Of a stretch of DNA of 64,000 bases, positions 55,250 to 64,000 are shown in pieces. The DNA is from Eledone cirrhosa (taxonomy: Eukaryota). The stretch covers positions 1,426,001 to 1,490,000 of the forward strand of contig OZ024763.1 of NCBI GenBank assembly GCA_964016885.1, written 5' to 3'. A program made the position numbers and the translations under genes. The notes under the pieces were generated by a model. The model saw nothing but the letters and a program-made list of their open reading frames with translations, ran no database searches and had not been told where the DNA came from. Within the stretch, counting starts at the first letter, position 1. Every line of letters starts with the position of its first letter.

Positions 55250-55628
55250 AAGTTTCTACTATTGGCACAAGGCCAGCAATTACCCCAGTACATTACTGGT
55301 ACTTTATTTTATCAACCTCGTAAGAATGAAAGGCAAAGTTAACCTCGGCTGGATTTGAACTCAGAACGTAAAGGGACGTAACTATATTTCACAAAGCATG
55401 TTGTCTGACGCTCTACCGACACCTGCTACTGTTATTAATAATTGTTTCTACTTTAGGCACAAGGCCAGCAATTACTCAGTACATTACTGATACTTTATTT
55501 TATCAACCTCGTAAGAATGAAAGGCAAAGTTAACCTCGGCTGGATTTGAACTCAGAACGTAAAGGGACGTAACTATATTTCACAAAGCATGTTGTCTGAC
55601 GCTCTACCGACACCTGCTACTGTTACTA
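55250..55628 (-). mobile_element. Tandem SINE pair sharing private variants
   Basis: Two ~190-bp near-identical units, suggesting local duplication. Confidence 0.85.
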
Positions 55629-56419
55629 ATAATAAGAATACCCATGTACAGTATATATATTTAAGCCCTCCCTCCATCCCAAAGGTGGGACGGAAACTCT
55701 GCAGATGTAATGTGGGATTGCAAGAAGATGGCTGCAAATTGCTTTTTTCTTTATAGAACGCTGCTTCCAGGATATGTTTAAAGCAGCTCTGAGTATTTCC
55801 TGTGAATGTTCCATAAAGTTTCTACCTCAGTTGCTTAGTGAATGTCTACATAGTAGATTAGTACATCAGTAAAATAGTACATTAGTACTGCAGGACTAAC
55901 TGTACTGTTGCTTGGAAGAATTCACGTTTCATTTGTTTGAGGAGGGGAGAAGGGGTTGGCTTTGATTTCCAAATTGTTGTCAGCTGATCCAACGAATCTT
56001 AAGCTGTGTGTGTACATCACTTTCAGTGAAACCCTATTTCCGCAAGATCTACGTTTTCACACATTCACACACTCACACACACACACACACGTGTGTGTGT
56101 GTAAAATAAATACATTATATATATGTATATTGGCAATTTTCGGTAGAGGGTAGGACGCCATGCTTTGATGCATAGAGTTACGGCCCTTTCCAATCTGACT
56201 TCAAATCCCGCCGAGGTTAACTTTGCCTTTCATCCTTACGGGGTCGATATAATAAAGTACCAGTAATGCACTGGGTAATTGCTGGCCTTGTGCCAAAAGT
56301 AGAAACAATTATATATATGTATCTACCCTATATATATATACAGTATATATATATGTACACACTATATATGTTGTCCAAGGGAAAGGCCTATACAGCTTGT
56401 TACCAAATGACTTCACAAG

Positions 56420-56451
<32 letters not shown>

Positions 56452-56629
56452 ATACTGGGTATGATAGAGAGAGAGAGAGAATACATGTTTGAGGTATAAC
56501 AGTGTTGAATAATGAAAGATATATTATTTTAATGTTACACTATTAAAGAAAATGTAAAGGAAGGGGTGAACAACCGATCGATCCAACACCAGAGCAAAAG
56601 ACAGCAACGTCGCGAGGAGTACTGGGCAA

Positions 56630-56820
56630 CCTCTCTAATGATTTTTGAGGCAAGCCAGCACACTCGCAGCGTTGCCTCGAGTGGTGGCGAGGCTGATGCG
56701 CTGAAACAGCCAAGCGCCCTCGCGAGATTCGCCAGTTACCTCTATTAGGCGACCCGCCAGTGAAGAGAGGAACCTCGCAGTCAGCGGCCCGACTCCCCCA
56801 AAACGTCTCGAAAGCCACAG
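56630..56820 (-). mobile_element. Divergent CRE-like 3' fragment
   Basis: FETFG...REGAWLFQRISLATTRGNAASVL. Confidence 0.7.
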
Positions 56821-56889
56821 GCTGAAAAATGTAGCTGGCCGACAGATATATACCAGTGATGTTATAATTATATACCTTCGATGTTCCAC

Positions 56890-57378
56890 TAGTTTGTTAG
56901 CAATGATGTCGCAACACATACATACATTTTATATACACTATATTTATCTTATATATACTGTATATAAACACTATATATACACCATATATACAATATATAT
57001 ACACTGTATATGATGTTGTCCAAGGCAAAGACCGCTACAGTTTGTTAGCAATGATGTCGCAACACATACATACATTATATATACACTATATTTATCTTAT
57101 ATATACCGTATATAAACACTATATATACACCATATATACAATATATATACACTGTATATGATGTTGTCCAAGGCAAAGACCGCTACAGTTTGTTAGCAAT
57201 GATGTCGCAACACATACATACATTATATATACACTATATTTATCTTATATATACCGTATATAAACACTATATATACACCATATATACAATATATATACAC
57301 TGTATATGATGTTGTCCAAGGCAAAGACCGCTACAGCTTGTTAGCAATGATGTCGTAACACATACATACATTATATAT
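56890..57378. repeat. 148-bp tandem repeat x3.3, interrupted by a SINE
   Basis: gttagcaatgatgtcg at 56896, 57044, 57192, 57340. Confidence 0.92.
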
Positions 57379-57829
57379 CTGAGTTCAAATCCCGCCGAGG
57401 TTAACTTTGCCTTTCATCCTTACGGGGTCGATAAAATAAAGTACCAGTAATGTACTGGGTAATTGCTGGCCTTGTGCCTAAAGTAGAAAAAATTATATAT
57501 ACACTATATATATCTTATATATACCGTATATAAACACTATATATACACCATATATACAATATATACACACTGTATATGATGACGTAAAAGGGAAAAGCAA
57601 AGGCCTATACGTTGTTAGCAATAACGTCGCAACATATACATACCTGATATATACAATATATACAATATATACACTATATACACTACGTATGTTGTCCAAG
57701 GGAAAGGCCGATACAACTTGTTACCAAATGACTTCACCACGTTTGTACCGCTCTCCTGGCGACCTAGTAAAGGAGGTAAAAAAAGTAATACCACCACCAC
57801 CAAAACAACAACGACAACAAAAATCATGA

Positions 57830-58351
57830 TTGAATTCTGTTTTATTATTATTTATTGATTGATTTCCTTCAATATATATTATATATATTATAAGCAGGAA
57901 ATTGTCCGTAGTAGTGAAAATGGTTTACAGCAATAAAAATAAAGTTGAAAAACTGGGCACCACATTTCATATTCCCTTGTACACAACATAGCTCCACCAC
58001 TAGGTGGCTCTGTTGAAACTGTTTGTGTTCTAGTATGTAGTAGTAGTGGTAGTAGTAGTACTTGTTGTTTTTGGGGTTCTTGTAGTAGTAGTTCTTCTTG
58101 TTGTAATAGTGTTAGTAATGTTTGTAGTATTAGTAGTTGTGGTAGTAGTAGTAGTAGTAGTTGCATTATTAGTGATAGTATTATTAGCAGTAGTAGTAGT
58201 TGTTGTGGTAGTAGCATTAGTGTCTGGTGCCGTAATGGTAGTTGCTGTGGTTGGAGTGAATGGTCGAGAAGAGAAAGAGAATGAAAGAGAGGAAGAGTGG
58301 GTAAGGGAAAATGGTGCTTGTTTTTCTCTGGTGTGCCATTTCTGTTGAGAG
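57830..58351 (-). other. Putative terminal 3'UTR exon of the same minus-strand gene
   Basis: Long pyrimidine tract ending ctctttcag at 58352-53 on minus; AATAAA on minus at ~57841-57856; contains an ACT/ACA trinucleotide tract. Confidence 0.5.
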
Positions 58352-58618
58352 CTGAAAGAGAGAGAAAGAGAGATAGAAACAAGAAAAACCACGTAAGTTT
58401 AGAGCAATTGTGTTCGTCTTGGAACTTAACTGTCTTAATGGGGTCGTAGGGGCGCCATCGCGATATGCAGCGTACCTTGGGAGTCGAAACCTTCTCCAGG
58501 TCGAAACACGGTCGATTTCTTCCAAAAGAAAGATATAGATAGATTGAGAGAGAGAGAGAGATTGAGAGAGAGAGAGAGAGAGAGATTGAGAGAGAGAGAG
58601 AGAGAGAAATTGAGAGAG

Positions 58619-58655
<37 letters not shown>

Positions 58656-59134
58656 TTGAGAGAGGTTTAGAGAGAGGGAGATTGAGAGGGGTTTAGAGAG
58701 GGGGGGGGGGAGATTGAGAGAGCTTTAGAGATAGACATAGACAGACACAGAGATAGCGAGAAAAAGAGGTAGGACAAGTCAACTCCAGTATTAGACTGGT
58801 ACTTAATTTATCGACCCCCGAAAGGACGAAAACCCAAAGTTGACTTCGTCGAGATTTGAACTCGGAGGACAAAAGGAGATCCCAGCTCTGGTACTACAGA
58901 CATGTGGTTAGAATATCTAAGGAAAGAATCGCTGGACAGATTTTATGGGCAAAACCAACTGGAAGGAAAACCGGAAGCAGACCGGAGTAAGATGGTTGGA
59001 TATCATCTCTGAGTTCGGCTGGCCTCGCTTGGAGACCGATATGGACCATTTGAAGACGCCTGTTTCTGACGGGACTTGAGAACTCTGCCCTCCATGACCC
59101 TCGCAGGGAGAATGGGGGGCGAAGAAGATCATGA

Positions 59135-59830
59135 CAATAATAATTGTTTCTACTTTAGGCACAAGGCCAGCAATTTTTTTTTGTGGGGGAAGGGAAAGTC
59201 GATTAAATGAACCCTCAAGTGCATAAACTGGTACTTTATTTTATCGAGCCCAGTGCATTACTGGTACTTTATTTATCGACCATGTAAGGATGAAAGCCAA
59301 AACTAACCACGGCGGGATTTGAACTCAGAACGTAAAGGGTCATAACTCTATGCCGCTAAGCATATTGTCCGACGCTCTACCGATACTAGCAAATAATAAT
59401 AATAATGATAATAATGGTTTCTAGTATAGGCACAAGGCCAGTAATTTTTGGGGAGGGGGAACGTCGATTAAATCGACCCCAGTGCGTGACTGGTACTTTA
59501 TTTTTTATTTTATCGACCCCGTAAGGATGAAAGGCAAAGTTAACCTCGGCGGGATTTGAACTCAGACCATAAAGGGCCACAACTCTATGCTGCAAAAGCA
59601 TGGCGTCCGACCCTCCACCGATACTGCCAATAATAATAATTTAATTGTTTCTACTATTGGCACAAGGCCAGCAAATACACCAGTGTATTACTGGTACTTT
59701 ATTTTATCAACCCCGTAAGGATGAAAGGCAAAGTCAATCTCGGCGGGATTTGAACTCAGATCGTAAAGGGACGTAACTATGCTGGAAAGCATGGCGTCCG
59801 ACCCTCTACCGATACTGCCAATCTACCGCC
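59135..59830 (-). mobile_element. Cluster of three SINE copies
   Basis: Repeated ggcacaaggccagcaa...ggatttgaactcaga. Confidence 0.85.
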
Positions 59831-60147
59831 CTAACATGGCGTCCGACCCTCTACCGATACTGCCAATCTACCGCCCTAACATGGCGTCCGACCCTCTACC
59901 GATACTGCCAATCTACCGCCCTAACATGGCGTCCGACCCTCTACCGATACTGCCAATCCACCGCCCTAACATGGCTTCCGACCCTCTACCGATACTGCCA
60001 ATCCACCACCCTAACATGGCGTCCGACCCTCTACCGATACTGCCAATCCACCGCCCTAACATGGCGTCCGACCCTCTACCTATACTGCCAATCCACCGCC
60101 CTAACATGGCGTCCGACCCTCTACCGATACTGCCAATCCACCGCCTT
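59790..60147 (-). repeat. 45-bp tandem repeat x8 of the SINE 5' head (A-box)
   Basis: atggcgtccgaccctctaccgatactgccaatccaccgccctaac is the reverse complement of the SINE start. Confidence 0.95.
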
Positions 60148-60226
60148 TGATAATAATAATTTAATAAACAATAACAACAACCAAAGTAACTACGAACCTA
60201 TGTTGTCATCTTGAGTGTTCCATGTT

Positions 60227-60360
60227 TCATTTGTCGAATTTTGCCCGCTTTATCAAGTTGGCTATTGTTTTCAGCACATCGCGTGCATCCACCACCTGAT
60301 TGCTCTGTTCAGCTTCCAGCTTTTCTGTCAAATAATCGCGGAATCCATCAAGTTTCTCGT
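60227..60360 (-). CDS. Last coding exon of an unidentified minus-strand gene (xEKLDGFRDYLTEKLEAEQSNQVVDARDVLKTIANLIKRAKFDK*)
   Basis: Branch-like gctaat plus ttttattttag acceptor at 60361-62; phase-1 open frame of helical-looking, non-repetitive sequence to TGA; donor ATAG|gttcgt 29 nt after the stop. Confidence 0.65.
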
Positions 60361-60650
60361 CTAAAATAAAACATTAGCAATTATAATATATAATATTTCT
60401 TATATAAGCACAAGGTCAGCAATTGGGGGGGGGGGGGTTGATTAAATCGACCCCAGTGCATAACTGCTACTACTTTATGGTATCGTAAGGATGAAAGGTA
60501 AAACTAACATCGGCGGAATTTGAACTCGAGACATAATGTTGATAATAATTATTATCAACATTATGTTGATAATAATACCAGAACCAGATGAAGCGATGAA
60601 GCGATCAAGCGGAAACTTCGAGGTCACTGTTACTTTTCTACTTAGAAAAA

Positions 60651-60701
<51 letters not shown>

Positions 60702-60924
60702 ATTAAGTCGTTTGGAAGCCTCGACAATGCAAATGGGTAAATCTCCGGGTAACAAGGACCGGTGGTGGAGTGAGAGATGTAAGTGGGTGTACGTTGAGAT
60801 GGGTGGTGTGTATAACATGTGTGAGATGTGTAGAATGAAGGGAAGAGTATAAAGGATAAAATAAAAATAACAACACAAGAGAGAGTTACCTTGGGAGAGA
60901 TTTAATAGTCCCGACACTTCAATA

Positions 60925-60969
<45 letters not shown>

Positions 60970-61054
60970 AAAAGGTAAACAGAAATAACAACACAATCGG
61001 TACAGTATATGGAAGGAATATATTAGGTTAACGCTTGATATAGCAGGAAGAGGG

Positions 61055-61090
61055 TCTTAACGTTTCGGACGCTAGTCCTTCATCAGAAGA
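61055..61090 (-). ncRNA. Minimal hammerhead ribozyme (Penelope-like type) within a short element ~60970-61145
   Basis: Minus strand TCTT-CTGATGA-a-GGAC tagc GTCC-GAAAC-GTT-AAGA: intact core, 4-bp stems I and II, palindromic AACGTT stem III. Confidence 0.75.
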
Positions 61091-62071
61091 AAGAATGAGA
61101 AATAAAATAGATTGAGGGGACGGGCAGGATGGAATTGGAAATGTGTGTGTGTGTGAGGGTCGACTTATATATATATATATATATAGTAGAATAATCGAGT
61201 ATCGAAAAATCGGCGCACGAGTTCACGATAAACAAAATTCGAGATGAGCGGCAGAGGGCTCCATAATTCAGATAAATCAGAGCTATAACTATCGTTAAAA
61301 TACCGTCACACGTAGAATATGTCTACAATCAACCATACGACCGAAAAATTGCGATATGGAAGATTCGGGACACTCAGATAAATTATCAATAAATCAAATG
61401 AATGTAAAAAGCATTGAAAAAAAGGAAAAGAATGACCTCACTTGTAGTTCTAAATAATTCGATTTAATGTTATAATATTAAATCAAATTATTTAGAACTA
61501 CAGGTGAGGTCATTCGTTTCCTTTTTTCCAAATATACCGAACTGTACCAAGGATCTCACACATTTTCAACAAAAAGAAGAAAAAAAACGCACCAATAAAC
61601 AAAATAGTCAAGATATTAGTTACAGCTGGATTAGTAGCCCCTTTAATTGATGGGTCAATTCAGTCAGAGATGACCTAGGGGTCTGTAGAACAAGAAATGT
61701 AGAAGTAAAAAAAAACAAAGTGAAGGAAGAAAGGAAGAGAAATAAAACAAGAGAAAAGGGGAAATAAAATAAAGGAAAAAGCGAAGAATGAAGAAAAAGC
61801 GAAGAATGAAGAAAAAACGAAGAATGAAGAAAAAACGAAGAATGAAGAAAAAACGGGGCCCGGCGGGGACTAATGTTTTGGGAGATCTCGACCTTTATAA
61901 CATATTTTTATCTTTGATTCCCACCTTTCTAAGGAAATGGTAAAATTCACTTTGAAAAGTCAAGTGTTAAGAATTGGGATTTTGGGTGGGTCAGTGTTTG
62001 GGTGGGTGGGGCGTAATTCTTTTTACCCCCACCGCCTTTCATTAGACACCTTGATGGGAATTATAGTAACG

Positions 62072-62109
<38 letters not shown>

Positions 62110-62186
62110 CGAAGGAAATGTGGTAAGGAACCAGGTGGACCATAACGCACCAAAGTACTCAATACTTAGGGTAGTAGAGTGGGTAA

Positions 62187-62296
62187 TAGGAACAAGTAAG
62201 ACCCCGACGGCTGAGCTCAAGCCGTTTCGACGGCTAATTCAGTACAGAATTAGCCGTCGAAACGGCTTGAGCTCAGCCGTCGGGGTCTTGCTTGTT

Positions 62297-62300
<4 letters not shown>
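62187..62300. repeat. 54-bp-arm palindrome containing the 3' half of a hammerhead, in a (TA)n-flanked element ~62108-62300
   Basis: GAAACGGCT tgagctc AGCCGT-C (stem III plus GUC) at 62259-62281; arms 62187-62240 / 62247-62300; a related fragment lies inverted at ~12930-12990. Confidence 0.7.
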
Positions 62301-62340
<40 letters not shown>

Positions 62341-62452
62341 AATGAAACAGTTCTAGTCCTGTAGAAGCCATTTCTATATTAAATATTTATACTCTGCTAT
62401 GTATTGAGTACCTTAATTACTGTGGTTACCCCCGATTGAACCCGGGATAAAC

Positions 62453-62481
<29 letters not shown>

Positions 62482-62483
<2 letters not shown>

Positions 62484-62973
62484 TCATCATCATCATCGTT
62501 TAACGTCCATCTTCCACGCTTGCATGGGTTTGGACGGGAGTTTTCCCACTTGAGGCAAGAGTGGTTGTCTTGCTCGCATAGGACTGTCTGGCGGGTTTTC
62601 TACGGCTGGATGCCCTTCCTAACACCAACCACGTTTACAGTGTGGACTGGGAGGTTTTTACCGTGTTACCTACACGGCCACATTACAGCGTGGACTGTGT
62701 GTTTTTTTTTGTTGTGACACCTACACGACCTCATTTGTTTCGGGCTGGATGTTGTGGTACCAACATAACTTTACATTGAAAGGGGTGGTGTGGATGGGGT
62801 GGGGGGTAGTGGGACGGGGGTGTATTTTGTTAGAGGTGCCTACTGACTGTAGTAGGTTTCACTTTGTACTTAGGTAAGGCGGGTCTTCTGTATTACTGTG
62901 TAGCGCCAAAGATCTCGCTCCAGTGACATTGTCTTGGAGAGGTGTAAGTGTGTGAGGTCGGAATTTATCAAGT
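62482..62973 (-). mobile_element. 3' end of the same RTE family
   Basis: Reverse complement of ~33940-34394; inserted in (TA)n. Confidence 0.9.
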
Positions 62974-63066
62974 CTATATATATATAAGCCATTTCTATAT
63001 TAAATCTTATATAGAGAAAGAGTAAAGAATAACATGGTCGGCTGTACAAAAAGGGTTTTATTTCTA

Positions 63067-63175
63067 GTATTAACAATTGTTTCATTGATCAGGTGAGTCT
63101 AAAGGCCGCTAATCACTCGAAATTGCGTCACTCCACCTTAAATACAGTGTCTCTCTGATCAAATCATAGGAATAC
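63067..63175 (-). ncRNA. Degenerate hammerhead motif with long stem-II loop
   Basis: GTATTC-CT(-)ATGA-tTTGATCAG...CTGATCAAt-GAAACAATTGT-TAATAC; core G missing. Confidence 0.45.
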
Positions 63176-63282
63176 TGGAGGATGTGACACATGGCATTAG
63201 TATTTATAGAATCAGGTGAATAAAAACAATATCACCAATAATAATAGATAATAAACAATAATAAAAATATACGAAAAAAATA

Positions 63283-64000
63283 AAACGAAATTTCATTTCC
63301 CACTCTTAGTACGACTGTTACTTAAATATAAGTATGTACACGTACATACATATATGTATACAGACGTACAGTAGTATGTATATATATATATATACATACA
63401 TGCATACATATATATATGTACGTATGGATTCACTGAATATTTATTATAATGCTCGATGTGTTTGTAAACAAACATCCCGTATTAAGCCGTAGTATCTAGC
63501 AACCATCGTTGCTCGTTTGTTCAACACTGACAAAGGAACGCTGTACCAGCCTCAAGCTTATTAGCTATCGTCAGCAACGTATACCTTCCTGCCATATTGT
63601 TGAACGTATATACTTACCTTATGCATATTAACGACTGAGTAGCCTAATTTGCATATCGAGTGGGTTAATCGGCTGGGTGCACCGAAAACGATAAACGGAA
63701 AAAATGAAAGAAATTTCATTTCCCACTCTTAGTACGGCTGTTACTTAAATATAAGTATGTACACGTACATACATATATGTATACAGACGTACAGTAGTAT
63801 GTATATATATATATACATACATGCACCCATATATATATGTACGTATGGATTCACCGAACATTTATTATAATGGTCGGTGTGTTTGTAAACAAACATCCCG
63901 AGCAACGATGGTTGCTAGACACTACGGCTTAATACGGGATGTTTGTTTACAAACACACCGACCATTATAATAAATGTTCGGTGAATCCATACGTACATAT
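63283..64000. repeat. ~200-230-bp unit as two direct copies plus an inverted third copy
   Basis: 63283-63514 and 63709-63900 direct; 63900-64000 reverse complement. Confidence 0.85.

Noticed and set aside
58030-58392. Thr-rich mucin-like ORF
   Set aside because: Start lies in a polypyrimidine acceptor tract; better explained as a trinucleotide repeat in a 3'UTR exon, though not fully excluded.
63609-63675. atacttacct as a U1 snRNA 5' end, or a 55-nt minus-strand coding exon
   Set aside because: No further U1 similarity; as an exon it has a stop in the frame needed to join 60360.

Overview
AT-rich, microsatellite-dense eukaryotic DNA. The tRNA-derived SINEs, RTE LINEs and (TA)n density suggest an octopod cephalopod (inference from repeat style; no search was run). 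Almost all ORF-track entries are translations of simple repeats or TE fragments. One complete spliced gene can be assembled: a 4-exon, 154-aa C22orf39/UPF0545 homolog (+, 20858-30308) with twin CX9C motifs and a C-terminal CaaX box (CTIL). The last coding exon and a spliced 3'UTR exon of an unidentified minus-strand gene lie near 57.8-60.4 kb. The rest is a TE mosaic: a 5'-truncated RTE LINE with a PHD-like finger, CRE-clade non-LTR fragments, mariner/Tc1 remnants, hAT/pogo/piggyBac-like MITEs, many SINEs and large minisatellites. The most notable unexplained signal is a set of short elements, mostly embedded in (TA)n tracts, carrying hammerhead-ribozyme cores (CTGATGA...GAAA) of the Penelope-like type. 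Three of them form near-perfect inverted repeats, two inside intron 1 of C22orf39, so the motif is encoded on both strands and would be base-paired to its own antisense copy.
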